64,000 nucleotides of DNA from assembly GCA_030248215.1 (NCBI GenBank), contig JASANG010001519.1:310001-374000 (forward strand). The letters are read 5' to 3'. Origin of the DNA: Enoplolaimus lenunculus. Taxonomy: Eukaryota. Positions within the stretch are counted from its first letter, which is position 1. Each line of letters begins with the position of its first letter. A program made the position numbers and the translations under genes. This document shows positions 22,201-37,945 of this stretch, one piece after another. Under the pieces are notes generated by a model, which was given only the letters and a program-made list of their open reading frames with translations, ran no database searches and was not told the origin of the DNA.

Positions 22201-25200
22201 CCTATCAAAAATGTATCAATAATTTCACAGGTTTGCATCGAAAGAAAATTCAGTTTCGGTTAAAAAATTACTCATTTTACCGTAAAATATGTTACAATTA
22301 TGCGAACTGCGAACTTGACTCACAACTTTAAAATATTAATGCTGGAATTAAAATTAACCTTAAAACATGCTTTAATGTCATAAATATGTTTTTGGAAGCC
22401 ATAAATAATTTTTTGCACGCAAATTTTACCTATGCAGAATGAATGAGAAACATTTTGTTTGCCAGGCAATAAAAATATACAATTTTGTTTAAAATTTAAA
22501 CTTTGTCGTTAACATTTTTAAAAAGATTTTTTGTAACATTTTTCGAGAATTTTGGTTAATTTTACAGAAAAGACACGTGTTTCTTGTAACCCTGCGTATT
22601 TCAAACTGTGGCTCATTTAAAGATCAGGGGTGGAACGTTTTTCTGTGAGACTAGAATAGAGTAAACTTACGCTTTAGAGCAATTTTTTGCTTGGTTTAAG
22701 CTTAGCCTTGGGAATATGCTCATTCTTACGTTTAGGTTTAGGCTTAGGCTTAGGCTTAGGCTTAGGAATATGCTTATAATACTGTTCCGCCCATGTTCTT
22801 TACATCGGCCCAAACGATTTACTCTCACTCGACCAATATAACATTTTGAAATAAGCCGTCAAATTTGATATAAATTAATTTCGTTGAAACGAGAAGATAA
22901 TTAATACATGTGATCCTAAAATTTTTAAACAAACTAAACTACTGAATTTTTTAGGTTTTCGAATAACCTGTAAGATTTCAGGTCAAAAAACCGTTTTTTT
23001 CACTTACTGGTTAACCATTGTGCAAATCCTTCACAAATATCACAAGCTGAAAATTAATCCTGTCCGAACGACCTGCTCGCCGACTGAGAGTAACCATTTT
23101 TCAATTCAGCTAAGCAATCTCCGAGTTTGGCTTCAAACGCCAATTGAGTCACAAAATTGGTATCTCATAAGTTATTTTTAAATAGAAACGTAAAATTAGA
23201 AACATCGTTTGACCTCAAAAAATTTTAATATCTCGCGATGTATTTGTGAAATTTGTCACTCAAACCCTGTAAATTTGTAACCAGCTGATACAGCCTATTA
23301 CCGGTTTTTGGTGTCATTAATACTTCGGTCAATGTAAACAACAGGGGCTGAACAGTATAATAAGCATATTTCTAAGCCTAAGTCTAAGTAAACCTAAGCT
23401 TAAGCCTATGCGTAAGAATGAGCATATTCCTAAGCCTAAGCCTAAGCCGAAAGTATAAGCCAAGCTAAAAAAATTAGTCTAAAGCTTAAGCTTACTTTAT
23501 TGTAGTCCCACAGAAAAACGCTCTGCCCCTGAACTTTACATGGGCCACAGCTTTTGGTGCCATATTCTTGTCATGCTTCAGTGATGAAATTGTTTTGTTA
23601 TGGGTGTTGTTAATAACATTGCACGTGATTTATAATCAACTCACCCATGGCAGCTTTTAAGGCTTGAGCAGTTTGTTATATAGGCTGATATACGTCAAAC
23701 ACAAACATTTGACGGCACCCGTGCTTAATGTTTCGTATCCGACGGATTCATTTTCATATTTGAAATAGCCATCTGAGACCAATGCAAAAGCTCGCGTGGA
23801 AAATACTAGCTGAGCAATCCTAGGAATTTTCGCAGTATAACCTACAACTGAACCGTTGCCAAATGACTAAAACGCGTATTTCAAATTCCATTTTGATGCC
23901 AATCATAAATTCAAAATAGTTTCAACTTGGCTTAAAAATGTTTTAAAATAATCGGTCAATGTAAAGAATAGGGGCGGAATAGTATTATGAGCGTAAGCGT
24001 AAGCCTAAGCCTAAGCCTAAGCCTAAGCCTAAGCGTAAGAATGGGCATATTCCTAAGCCTAAGCCTAAGCCTAAGCCAAGCAAAAAATTGGTCTGAAGCT
24101 TAATCTTACTCTATTCTAGTCCCATAGAAAAACTCTCCGCCACTGATTTTTACATGGGCCAAAACATTCAAATTTATGTCAACACACACCAGTCTCTATT
24201 GGCAATAGTTGTTGACAGCACACTTCGTACAGAACCGGAATCGGAATAGAGCGACGAACCACGCGATTTGTTACGGAAATTGGTCGTTTCAATTGGGTCT
24301 GTGTGAATGGTTTTAGGTTGAAAGCATACATTCGGTCAACTAAAATCTACAACTCCGGTTAAAACTGTAAAAGAAAACCCTCGAACGGCGGATAGCGTGT
24401 TTTTATATCGCAAGGTAAAACTTTCAATTTTAGAATATCTTTGACATCCGGACCCGGAACTGATGTAACCTTATGAGGTAAAGCGAACGAAAAGCCAGAC
24501 GCATGTTTCTGTTGAATCACATGGCAAACGATCAACTTTGAGACTCTGAGCCTCGCCTTTATGTGTGTTATGATGCGGTTGCTAGAACCGACACTGTAAA
24601 CAAAAATAGTTGTTTGTGGAAAATTTTCCGCTTTTCAAAACGTGGCTTGTATGCTTTCGTATTAGTCAGGCCGCTTCGAGCGCTGTCTACTGTGTATTTA
24701 TAGCATATTTTTTATTTGTGCTAGGCTCAGACGAAATATTTATTATCGTTGCTCGTTTTGTAAAAAGCTTTTAAAATTCGCTATTTTAAACGCGACGGTC
24801 TCAATGTTTGTTTTAGCGGCATAAACAAAATGCTAAGTCGGAAATTGAACCTTTACCTAAGGGATACGTCGAAAAATTCATAAACTTAATGCCTAACCTC
24901 AACGGCGTAGCCAGCGGTACGGTAAACAGGACGGGTCATTGACCGGTCGAATAGTTTAAACAATTATTTAATTTAAATATTCGTTGCATAATGCCATTTT
25001 AATAAGGTAAAACTAATAAAAACTCATTCATTTGACGCGTCCTTCTTTAATGTGATTTTCTGACCAGGTACGAGGATGACCTAAGCCAGAGGTGAAACCG
25101 GCCATTGGGTGGCTGGCCGGCCGGCGGCTGGGCCGGCAGTCCAGTACCAGCCCGGCCGTAGTGAACAGCGGGCACCGCCAGCACGTAAACATAGCATGGT

Positions 25201-28200
25201 ATTTGTCATGGATATCATAGTAGTTTTTCGTCTGCAATGTATATACGTTTTTGATTATATGTCGCTTAGGTAACAACGAATGCAACAATCTTGGAATACA
25301 ACAGTAACAAAAACGCCGGCTGGCCCGGCCAAGCCCGAGTAGCTGGATGTTGCCGACTGGCCTGGCCCAGCCTAGTTTTCAAACCGGCCCCCCCCCCCCA
25401 CCCACAGAACACCCCCCCCCACACCCCCCAAGCCCCGTTCAAATAAACACACACCTCAGCTGAGTCAGGCTTGCTTACGTCACATCTGGCCCTGCAATAT
25501 CTTTGAACACTCGTCATTGGTGTAGTATAAGGCTTGTGCTATGCCGCTCGCATGTTTTCCCGACTACCTTTTGCGATGACTACTAGTTTTCAGACCATAT
25601 TGGCGTCTAGAAATTTGGTCAATTTTTATGATTGGTTAAAAGTCTAACCCTTATGTTGTCAAACACTTTGCAGTGTCTTAGTCCAGGGGCGTATACAAGG
25701 GAAGAAATAGAGCGTATGTATATCCTCCAGAAATGTCTACGGAAAAAATAAAAATCCTTGATAGGTTTAAGAATATTACCTTCTTGATCCTAGAGGTCAA
25801 AAAAGTTTCTGTGTACAGGGTAAAACGTCTCCCGAACGTATATTCTGACTACGCTCCGGGCTCTATGGAACACAGTTAGTATCAGTGTGTAACCGGATAT
25901 CCGTTTCCGTTTCAGTTTCCGTTAGAGAAATAACGAAAATTGTGTTAAGTATTTTACGTTCAAAATTAGTCATAAAAATAACTTTATATATCTCGGAATT
26001 TTTTGTTGCAAATATGCTACAATTGTTTGAAATGAAATAAATAATGCGAAATTTATCCAAAATCTTAAAAATTTCGATGCATCCGTCATTTTTTTCTTTA
26101 ATATTTTTTCTGAAAAACCTGTGAATATACGCACGCCTTAATTTAATGTTCACAGACAAATAAAAACTTTTATACTTCAAAATTCGTTTTCCGTTTCCGT
26201 CATTTTTTTGCTATCCGTTTACATCCTGTTTGGCATGCAATAAGCATGTGTCAAGCAACGTGTGCAGGATTAATTTCCTCTGGGAATCAAAATTAGAGTT
26301 TTTATCTGGTTTAAAAACAGATGTCATGCATTTTGAATGATTGTTTGCAAAATTGACCAACAGAGTACAATTGTACAAGTAGGTATATATGACCTCACTG
26401 ACAGTCTAAGGTTGCAACCGGGACTTTAGTCGTTTCTGCTACAGCAGCTGGAAAATAAGGCATATGGAGTGGGGATCGAATTTGACCCCTGTGAATTCTT
26501 ACGCGACCGGCTATACCACTGCGAAACGTAACCCACTTGTCCAACTACTTTTGTCGTCGACTACATTCAGGGTGCGACCGGATATCCGGCTCCAGCCTCG
26601 GCTCCGGCAAAAACACAGCATCCGGCTCCGTCAGTTTTTGGTATCCAGTCGCACCATGCGACACATGTCTACTTTATGCAATCTCAGCTGGCTTGCATAA
26701 ATGCAGTACACTGCACTTGCACGCGCACATAACGCACAGGCATGTCTCACATGTTTACAATAAGTAAACAGTTTATGACCATACCATGTTTGTAGGATGT
26801 TTCCCAAAATTAGTTAAACGTCACCGGCATTCGGGCCTGTACGCAAAGGATGTCTGGAATTGCTAAACCACCCCTAGAACAGTCTCTCCATAGGTAAAGA
26901 GTTTAAATTTTTTGGGTATTCTTGCATCTTAGTCCATATTCTCAAATGCCTATAGCACCTATCACCAGTTAGTAATAGATCTTAAAACTTAAACGCACTG
27001 CTTCAATTTCAGATCTCAAAATTTGTACAAAAGTAGAGTAAATCAAACGCAATAAATGTGCTGAATTTCAAACGTATACTATTCGCTGGTTCAAAAGTTA
27101 CAAGACTAATCGCCAACTGGTAATAGGTACTACACGCATTTGAGAGTACGGCCCTCTTGACTTGGCTGTGTCTGAGTGTCGCGCACTGAAGCTGCATTTA
27201 AGGAATTATGAAGCATTGCTAAAGTACACAAACACTTGAATAGAAACTTTTGATTTAAGATCCGACACGAGTACGGTTTAAAATTTTATATAAGCATCTC
27301 TCGATTCGCAGCAATCAGTTTCGCCGCTGTGTATTCTTCAGTGTCAATAATACGCTGTAATTGTAGTACACAGACCACGGGCACGCGGATTTCCGTTACT
27401 TAGCACAGCAGTAAACCGAATTAGCTTCTAAAAGTGTCGTATGCATGAGGCAATTAAGTGGTATCTATTTCATCCCATCGTTTCCGTAGGTCGACAAAAG
27501 TATCATATCATCGGGTTAACCTCTGCAAAATATTTTAAGTCGCAAACAAATTTTCCGCTTGCTAAGCTTGTTGGCACAATACTCCCGTGACTATTTTACA
27601 CAATGGTTCCATCTCACAATTTTATTTGTGATAAATTGGTAAGGTCTCTTTGTGCCTTAATATGATGTAACCCCGTTGAGGATTTTTTGTTAATGCCAAC
27701 CCGCCCCCCGCTGTCAGAAATTTCTGAATCCGCCGGTGCGTTATTCCCTCCTGAAAGGAATGTTTGGTTACGTCGTTGACGGCGTTGTCTACGGATCGTA
27801 TGTTTCAAAATTGTTCATATACTAAATTGGGCCAATGTTACTTTTAGGGGCGTATCCAGTAGATTATGCGTATTCCTCAGCCTAAGCCTAAGCCTAAGCG
27901 TTGCAAAAATGTGTTGCTAAGCCTAAGCCTAAGCCAAAAATGTAATCTAGAATTTAAACCTACTCTTTTATAGACCCACCAGAAACCTGGACGCCCGTTA
28001 AAGTAAAGCATGGACGATAAATTGTATTCGTAATTGTTTTCGATTGATTTCGAATATTCAGTTCGGCAATTTTTCCATGCAACAACGGTGATGTTCTACT
28101 AAAAATAAATCTTTTATTTGTTTTCAACTGCATACGTCACCACTGTTTTGAAAAGAAAAATATAGACTTTTAATACGAGAAAAAAACACACTGAAATTGT

Positions 28201-29711
28201 ACTGAACAACGCAGTGCAGCCGACCCACAGCCAGCTCACCCTTGCTAGAGTGGGGGTTGAAAATTTCTCACGAGAGGCATACGCTTTCGTTGACTTACAA
28301 ACAAGGTTGAAAATTTTCTACGGGAACCAAATTTTTCCAATGGGGGTTGAGCCGTCCCGCGTTTCCCTCACCTTGGCTACGGGGTCGCTGCGCAGATTAT
28401 ATCAATCTTTAATGTTTTGCAAGAATGAAGTAAGCGCATTAATTTGGCGTTACTGTTGCCGCAGTGTAAAGTGATAGTGTTTCTGTAGAAAAAAATTACA
28501 ATTTGAAACTAAACTTTTTAAAATGGAGACAGCACATTTTAAAATTAAATTTCTATGTCAATGAGCTGAGCGAGCAAAAGTGACTGTGGAAAATTCCGAT
28601 AGTCACTGAGTCATCTTAATTTCTGTAGCCAATCATAATGATTTCGTCATGATTTTGATGTATTTTGCTGCTGAAATCGACAGTTTTATAAGCGGTTGGC
28701 AGTGGTGGATCCAAAAATTTTCCACACAGGGTCCGAAACGGGCTGGTATATTTACTGAAACATAAAAATTATAGGGTAGTGGTACTTTTTCTTGCCTTTA
28801 AACATTTGACCGTTAACCTCAGTATAGTCAGTTGTGCAATCAGAAACTTCTAACAACTGCATGCGATATATAATACCAAGAGTGCATAGGACAAGAGCGT
28901 GCAACTCCTTGCGGTTTATCATGGTACCAAATGTACCATCGGCCGTTGCGTTTTGGCCACCCGTCCCCCCGCCTTTTGATGACGCATGCATAAAGTGTCA
29001 TGGTTCGCACCGATTGTACCCCTCTAAGAGTGTAAGCCAAAAACGCAACGCGTGCCGGGTATATTCTTTTCTACACAGAATGTGGCCAGTTGCACACTGT
29101 TGTTAAATAGAGATTATCCACCTTTGGTATAATAGTAAGAGAAACTTGCAACAAAGTGAGCAAGAAACCAAACGCAATTTTTGTACTAATTCTTTTAACT
29201 GGATTTCGGATTTGATCCCTGTTGGAGGTTGCACGGTCTGGATGATCCGTTTTAGAATTGTCAGTGAGTTTTGGCCGCATTTCAGTTTCACCTGTTGTCG
29301 ACAGGTAACGCACCGCCTTGCTGTTGGTGTATTTCTTTTAACGCATTTAAAAGCCCGTTTAAAATTTCAAATCGACACCTTTTTGGCTGTCACACTTGTA
29401 TTTTTGTCATATTTTTATGATCGACGTTTTTTATAAGAGCTCAAAAAACAACTACAGGACTGTTGTTGAAATTGTTATCGTCAGGTGACAAGATAAGATG
29501 CGACAAGATAAAACGCTCTCGTTTGGACCCTGCTGGGCAATTTCAGCGGCGTCGCACGCTGTCGTTTGCGAAACAATAAACAAAATCGTGTAAACTTTAA
29601 AGTATCTGCCGCAGAACAAATCGCTGTCCTTTCGTTTGTTCGGAGAAAAAATTACTTGTTTCGCGGTGCGCTGAAAACGTAACCGAATGTTTAATGTTTG
29701 TTGGAGGAAGT

Positions 29712-29908
29712 GGCCCATGTAAAGATCAGGCGCAGAACGTTTTTCTATGTGACCAGAAAATAGTAAGCTTAACGCTTTAGACTAATTTTTTCGCTTGGTT
29801 TAGGCTTAGGCTTAGGCTTAGGAATATGCTCATTCTTACGCTTATACTTAGGCTTAGGATTAGCAATATGCTTATAATACTGTTCCGCCTCGGTTCTTTA
29901 CATTGGCC
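29712..29908. mobile_element. TTAGGC-MITE subfamily B (TIR GGCC[A/C]ATGTAAAGA[A/T]CAGGGGCGGAAC)
   Basis: Perfect 8-bp TSD gaggaagt. Similar copies near 872, 8811, 15331, 16082, 22610, 23327, 23954, 32597, 33643, 41381, 42600, 45963, 55568, 57566. Confidence 0.9.
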
Positions 29909-30814
29909 GAGGAAGTTTACTGATCATAGACTTGTGAATAGAATTTATAAGACAGATTTTGTTAATTTTAAGTGCAACAAAATTTTAAAATATTTATGAA
30001 ATATGAGACAAGCTCCCTGTCGGTGGAGACAGTGGTGGGGCACAGCCCAAATTCCAGGGTGGAAGCCTCCAACGCAGAGGCGGATCCATGATTTTTCAAT
30101 GATCCGTTCAGGACAGAAAGCACACGGTCACCGCACTGCAAACTTCTTTTCATTACCGCTCTTGAATATTTCGTTTCAGAGCAGTTTACGTTATCTTAAC
30201 TCATAATGATAAGTGTTGGCGTGCGAGTGAGTGTTGCGAGCGAGAAAATTTAACATTTAGCAATCTGGCGGTTATTTCAAGGTGCGAAGTCAGACTGAAA
30301 CCATTAAAAAATCACGATAAAATAAGCGAACGAAAAGCCAGCCGCATTTTAAAAATTCAGCAGTTTTTGTACCAACTGCTTTGGATGGGGCAGCTTTATG
30401 AATGGGCCCCCCACAAATGGAGGAATATGGTGGTGGTTGTCGCTCCGCCCTTGGGCACGCGACTCGTGTTGTGATGGATTAGCTTATTACAAATTTGATG
30501 TTTTTTCTAAAGTAACAAAACATTAGCAACCGTTGTCTTTTTCTGAGTATTTACCAAAGATGGCTTAATACGATTCACTTGTTGCTTCATATCATTTCAG
30601 TCAGACCTTGTTGATATTAGCTAAAGTTTAAGCTTTCTAGCTCCACAGAAAAACGTTCCGCTCCTGATCTTTACATGGGCCCAGATTTGCAATCATTTTG
30701 GATATATATTTATAAATATATATTTGTTTAATTTCAGAATATTAATACTGTACGCAAAATTATTACACTTTAAATAGAAATTTGACTAAATATTCTTCGA
30801 TTTCAAGTAGTGAT

Positions 30815-30891
30815 ATGAATTGCTTTGCTACAATTCAGCCATGTTTGTTATCAAATGCCGAAGCAACGACTCGTGACGGACTCTCAAACAG
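30815..30891 (+). CDS. Probable first coding exon (MNCFATIQPCLLSNAEATTRDGLSNR)
   Basis: Strong donor CAG|gtaatg; phase 2 matches the acceptor at 37438; upstream atttcag acceptor at 30737 followed by an in-frame stop. Confidence 0.45.
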
Positions 30892-33800
30892 GTAATGTAC
30901 TGCAATAGCATGGTTTACAAACGTAATCATTCAAACGTTGGCACTTGTTCACTACATTACCACTAACGGATCCAGAGGGGGGCGGCGAGCGTAAGCCCCC
31001 TCTTCAGAAATTTTTAATGTTAAAATGGTAAGGTTCTTCCATTCCTTACAATTTTTTACAATTTTTCCCGCAGAATTTTTGTGATAAAATGGTAAGGTCT
31101 CTCCATACCTTACAATTTTTCCCTTCAGAAAATTTTTTGGTGATAAAATGACAAGGTAACCAACCTTAAAATTTTTGCGTTTTATAACATTTGCCAGACC
31201 GCCCGCCCCCCGTCAAAAATTTTTGGATCCTCCTCTGTGCATTGCCACAAAGTTTCCTCACACCCCGCGAATTAAAATAAAATAGGCTTAAGGTTAATAG
31301 GCTCAGGCTCGTCCGCTTTTGATTAGGTTTAGAAAAGCAAAATCAGTTAATTGGGGGACCTGGAATTTGCTGTTAGTGACCTGAATAAGAGAGGCAATCA
31401 ATAGAAATCCGTATCTCTAAAAGAGTCCGTAAAGTGGACAGAGTCCCTAAACCCTAATTAGAGTCCATAAATGTCTATTATCTTTAAATTGTAGTGCATA
31501 AATGACTCCAGGACCAAATGAAGTTGAGTTCGAAACTCTTTAAAAAGTGCAGATTAAGTTTTGAACCAGCATAAAGCATAACCTTGCGTTATCGCTCAAG
31601 CTTTTGACCTTTTAGCTTTAATTTTGTTTCTCCATGCTTTGCTTATATTTCTTCAACGAGTTGGGCAGAAGACAACGCTAAAGTGTGACTAACTATTAAT
31701 ATAACTTGTATTTGATGGTTTCGCAGAATTATCAACTTTAGTCTAAAATATTTTACATTCAAACTGTCCCTACTCCTGTCCAGGGTACCCCATTTCAAAG
31801 ACTCAGAAAGCTCATATCGGTGTAAATATCCCGTCCTGAAACATCTATTTGTCTCTGTTGGCAGTGGGTTCCACGTAGCATATACACGAACGGTTGTTTA
31901 GATCATTGGCGAACAAATACTGGTCCAGAAACGAGGTTGAAACGGTCGTTGAAAGGCGTCATTTTTCTAACAGGGCTGTCTGGTCTTCTTGCATTCCTGA
32001 TTGAACCACAGTACGGACGAAAACATCGTTTTTAAGGCCTCGAACAGTTTGAGGTTTATATTCGTTGAGTTGAATGAGCTGTTTGACTGAACGTCAATTT
32101 GAACCTCCCCGCAGTTAAGTTAGTTTAGATTTGGTACTGTGTTTTTGGTCCATGCGTAGAACAGGGCCGGAACGTTTTCCTGCAGGGCTGTAATAGTGTC
32201 AAGTTCAAGCTTTAGACTATGTTTTTTGTTTAGGCTTAGGCTTAGGCTTAGGCTTAAGAATAAGCTCATCCTTACCCTTAGGCTTAGGCTTAGGCTTAAG
32301 CGTTAGGCTTATGAATATACTTATACCACTGTTCCGGACCTGTTCTATACATGGACCGTGTTTTTATACTGCGAGTGCATTGTTGGCTGGTACAAGTGTT
32401 GAAAAAACAGGCAACAAACCTAACCAGCCATAAGGGGGTTTCGTTGTTGGTTTGTTGTTCAGCGTGAAACGGCTTAAGTTCTAGGCACGCAACTCGCGGT
32501 ATCAGCGAAACAATTATCAACAGTTGTACTGTTTTAAAATGGTTGACGTTCAAACAGCCCACTCTGTTTTTGAGACAATTTCAACTATAATATTTCGCCC
32601 ATGTAAAAAGATCAGGGGCGGAACGTTTTTCTGTGGCACTAGAATAGAGCAAGATTAAGCTTTAGACTAATTTTTTAAGTTTGGCTTAGGCTTAGGAATA
32701 AACTCATTAATTACGCTTAGGTTTAGGCTTAGGCTTAGGAATATGCTTATAATACTGTTCCGCCACTGTTGTTTACATTGGCCTAATATTCAAACGATGT
32801 TTTAACCCCTGTACACTTCCTGCCACATTTAAAACTAGCAATTAGACTTAATACGTTTAGACCCGGGTTTAGGTTTAGAAAAACGCTTAGCGTTAGGCTT
32901 CGGTTAGTGTTTTCCAAAACCTAAACATTAGTCTAAATCTTGTGAATTGAGGGCGTTAAAGTGCACAAGAACTTGTAATTTTTCACAGTTTCGTTTGTGA
33001 TTTGGAATCGTTTTAATTTTATGACCATGGTTTTTTATAGTTTGTTATTAAACCAGTTGCCACGACAAGGTTGAATAAACTCTTCAAATAACTTATTATA
33101 ATTCAATTTTCCACGTGGTGCTTTGTTGCAATATCGCGTTGCTTTCGCTTCTAACCCCCAATGCAGCATTTTTGCACTGCCGAGAGAGAGACAGCTCCCA
33201 TCTGAACCGCCCTGTTCGGGGGCTGAGTGCCAAGGGGGCCTTTTTGGTGCAAAACCAAATTTAATTTTCGCTCCTTGCCCGAGAGCACTTTCGACTTTTT
33301 ACGAACTATCTCCGAACCGAAGGTGGGTGCATTTTTCTGGTTCGATGCCTCGAATCGCCTAGCCACACCCCTGCATTTTTGTCTCTTGTATCCGCCCACT
33401 ACAGTACTGGTAGCCTATAGAAACAATACTACCACGTTTTACTAGAGAGTATTCAATGTACTATGATGAATAGTGTTTTCTACTGATAAACTGAAACTCT
33501 ACATTAGTGTCATATACTCGCGCTGTGTTTGATTTGCTTATTTTAGCGAACTATAAAAGTGTTTAACATTTTGATTTTTTTTATTTTGACCCAAAAAGTC
33601 AGTGTTATAGGCACCAAATATCCGGATATGCTATAAATAACAGGCCATGTAATGATCAGGGGCGGAACGTTGTTCTGTAGGCCTGCAATAGAGTAAGCTT
33701 AAGCTTCAGACTAATTTTTTGCTTGTCTTAGGCTTAGGCTTAGGAATATGCTCATTCTTACGCTTAGGCTTAGGCTTAGGCTTAGGATTACACTTATAAT

Positions 33801-36800
33801 ACGATTCGGGCCCTGTTCTTTACATTGGCCTATTATTGATAGGCATCAAATATCCGGATATTATAAAAATAACGATATCAATCCGAAGAACAAATATACA
33901 TAATTCAGCTGCAGTATCCTAAATGAAATTTGTATCTGAATAATATATCCGGCATGATTTGTAGATATCCGGATGTAAAGAAAATATATTTTGCTCATCG
34001 GCAGGACGTGAACAAACAACGAGTATCGAAACTCGGAATTTGACAGCTGCAACCCCATCGAATCACAATTGTCTGGTTATAGATTGAAACCAGAAATATA
34101 AATGAATCAGTATGCTCTTGTCCAAACCACTTCAGCTATAATAACAGCGATTAGGTTTTACGTTATTAACAAAAACAACTTTTACATTTTGTTATCGATT
34201 AAAAGTTGCATTTTTAATAATGTCAACATTTAGTCACAATTCTTAAAGATACTAACTGACAATTTTTCCATTAATACTGGATCCATATTGTCTAGAGATC
34301 AAACCAGCAACAGAAATGTTTACAATTTTTATAGAGAAGGCATATAGCAACGCTGTCGTGTTAAGTTTCGGCTAATTATTAGTAACCTTATTGTCAATAC
34401 AAGTTTTTGTTTTAAAATGCACCTTATGCAGTTTTGCAATATATACTCTCTAAAAGCTTAAACTAACTTGATTTAAGTTCAAGCATATTCAGCGGTATTA
34501 AACTGACTTTCTAGATTAACTAAACTAACACGTAGGTTTACACTTAAACTCATTTAAAATCTTACATATTTTCAGATTAAGTCAAACTTAATGAACTCTT
34601 AGTTACACGGGATTTCAGCGCTGCACTTGTTACTTAAACTAAAGAAGTTTACTTAAACCTGTGTTAAACTTGAAAACACGTTAAAATTTTGAGTTCTAGT
34701 TTAGTTAGTCCGTCCAGCCATTTAAGCTTTACTTCAACTGATATTCAAGTTTAATTAAGCTATAAAATATGTTTAAGGTTTTAGAGAGTATCTGGTTATA
34801 AATTTACGCCCGTGTTTACTATTATTATTTTTAAAGTGTTTGATGCACCGCTAAGCATATAAGCTTAAGCTTTTTTGCAAGACTAAGCCTGAATCTAAGC
34901 GTTAGCCGAAGCCTTAACCGAAACTTAACTTATATATAAACATACGCCTATAGATTTAAGCTAACTTGAAGTATAAAGCTAAGCCTAGAGAGTAGTCAGC
35001 TTTAAACTTAACTAAACGGTCAAGCCGTAGTGTAAGGACGGTAGCTAAGATTAATATGAAATGGTAGCGGGGCAGTAGAACTGCTGCTGGATCCAAATGT
35101 TTTGCTTCAAAGATGTATGGATGGCAAGATAAGTGCTGATCAATCTACAATAGACTAATCGTATTTTATTAACCCTTACCCGCATAAATATTTACCATTT
35201 CGTCTCACATCAAATTTCAAGTTAGGATATAATACGAGATAGGAATATCAAAGTAAGGAAGTTAGACAACAGTACAATGGCAGTAATGACGCTGACCATA
35301 AAGTAATGATGTTCCAGTTAGACTGATGCTATACTTTTGATGACGTCCGGCGCCGTTTGTTACCGTACCACAACCATGAAACAACATATCAACTTTGAAA
35401 CAATTTTTTGATATGCGTTGCCGTCCGACACCGCAGAGATAGAGTATAGCACCACCGTTAGGGTTGCCCTATACTCACAGCGCACCGTTGGACGCTGACG
35501 AGCGGCCCGGTAAAAATTTTGCCGCACGCCCCCACGTACTACCGGGCGTCAGCGCTGGAAAATATTAAATATTATTTTCGGCGGCGTGCAGCGATGCGCG
35601 TCGCCGATGCAGGCGTCCGGCTTAGTAAAGTATAGCGGAACGCTGACAGGGCCGCTTTGATGTTTTTCTGAACGCATTTCTTTAATGATTTAGCATTTAA
35701 AATTCAAAACGATTACGGTAAACAAACTTCAGTTCGTTTTTCACTTATACTGATGCAATGCAATAAATAAAACCTATTACCATATTTAATATGTGACATT
35801 TTTACCTGGAATAAAATCGATTTTAGGTTAAATTATAAACAAACACTGAATCATACAAATGTTCACCAGATATTACAAAATATTTCTAAAATGAATATAA
35901 AAATATTATTCTTGTTTTGTAATGGTTTGGTAGAAGTTTTATAAAATAATTCCTAAAGCCCTATTCACACGTGCAAGTTTTTGCTGCTAGAACTTGTAAC
36001 TGCAAATTGTACGCAGACCTTGCATTTATTCATCAGCCAATGAGGAAACGGCATCAATAAATTCTAGTGAACTTGCATGGTTATTCACACATGCGAGAAC
36101 TAAATTCCTAGCTATGATTTTTAATGAATTATTTGCAGCTGTATGTTTTTCCAACTGGAATTTGGACAAAACTTGCAAGTGCAAGTTGCAGATGCAAGTT
36201 TTCGCAGCAAAAAACTTGAACCTATGAATAGGGTCGAATGTTATATAAGCGTGCACTTTTAGTTTAACATATTTGTGTTTAGATCAGAATGCATCCAGCT
36301 ACTCGAATAGGATGCGTCAGGATTTTAAATTTTGTATGACATGGATCAATTTTTTGCTCTTAGATTTCTGTTATTTTATGATGTTTTTTGTGACATTGCA
36401 CGTACCAATGTTTCTATTCATAAATATACCTTTTATATATGTGTACAGTTATTTCTGCGGATACCTTTTCAGTATTTAGCAACGCTCTTGAAAGCTTCGC
36501 AACTGAGTGTCAGCAAAAAATTTAGTCACAAAAACCAATTCAGCTCTTGTTCCGCACACATAAAAAATGTCTTGAAATTTTAAGACTCCTACTTTCTTAA
36601 ATTTTCAAAACATAAATGTCTAGTATTTGAGACATAATAATAGCCTTAAATAGCTCAAAGTCTGAAATGGTTCAAACATAAATGTTTCATACTCATAAAA
36701 TTACTGTTGCCAATTTATAAGACATAAATTTCTTCCTTTCAAGAAATAGTTACCTTATATTCAAGACTAATTTTCTGATATTTATGTATGTATTGGTTGC

Positions 36801-37888
36801 TTCGTTTATATTTCTAGAAGTGTATATGAATATTCAAATTTCAAGAATATTTCGGGTTGAGCTCAGGCTCTTTTAACCAATAAGTTTACGTCTTAAACGT
36901 ATCTTCTGTTGTAAAATTAGGGTGTTTCGTTGAGCTTTAGCCACCACAGTCATTTCCTTGGAAAACTGTTGTCCTGTATTTCAGACATAGTTGTCTTGTA
37001 TTTCAGAAATATTTTTCTTATTCATTTATGAAACAAACTCTTATATTTTATACTTTTAACTGTGAAAAATTTCAGACCCATATTTCTGAAAAATTCAAAA
37101 AATAAAAAAAGCCTGGAATTCAAAACATTTGTCTGGAGTCTATAATAAAACATATATGTTTTCAATTTCAGACAATATTTCTTGAATATAACACAATATA
37201 TTTTGTGTACGAAAATTTAACACAAATATTTTAGTAATTTTCTACCTAAAATTTCGAACTGTAAGTTTTCTTATAAACCGTACTCCATTGTAATTGCATA
37301 AACGCAAAATCGCACTGAATTCTCTTTGTTCTATGGATAAAATTGCAAAAAAAGTTACCGAAAATTTTCAACCAAAATTTCAATCTTTTCTTTCTACAAA
37401 ATACGTACAACAATAAATACCTGTGATGATTTTTCAGGCTATCAGCAGCGTACGATAAACCAGTAGCTAAGTCACCACCTCTACAAGTGCATTTCCCTTC
37501 TTCGCCAGAATCTACAATTTCAACTCAAAATAGTATGTTTGCTCGTGAAACTAAATCACCATCAAAGTCGACATCTGCTGTTATTCGACGACGTAATCGA
37601 TTCGCGAAACCGTTTGCTGATTTGATTAGTGGAGGTATGCGAGTTTCATTATTCAGAAAATTGGCCAATGTTACTTTAAGGGGCGTAACAGTAAATTAAG
37701 CGTATTCCTTAGCCTATTGCAAAGATGTGTTCCTAAGCCTAAAAATTGAACAGAAAATATACAGGAGTGAATTTAAGGGTGCTGCTATACAGGGTATATT
37801 TGATTAAATAAAATTTTAAATTATGTTTCAAGTTTTTGAAAACCTAGAACCAGTTGCCAGTTGCACCATTTAACCAGAGCTTACGTTC

Positions 37889-37945
<57 letters not shown>

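Noticed and set aside
23995..24080. True or interstitial telomere
   Set aside because: The TTAGGC runs are short, degenerate, on both strands and generally enclosed by MITE TIRs; they do not identify the organism as a nematode.
34111..34154. Extra phase-2 exon (YALVQTTSAIITAIR) for the plus-strand gene
   Set aside because: Weak acceptor and donor, and its 5' phase does not match the 30891 donor.
14000..37400. Autonomous transposase or reverse transcriptase gene
   Set aside because: No long ORF or DDE/RT motif seen; only short non-autonomous elements.
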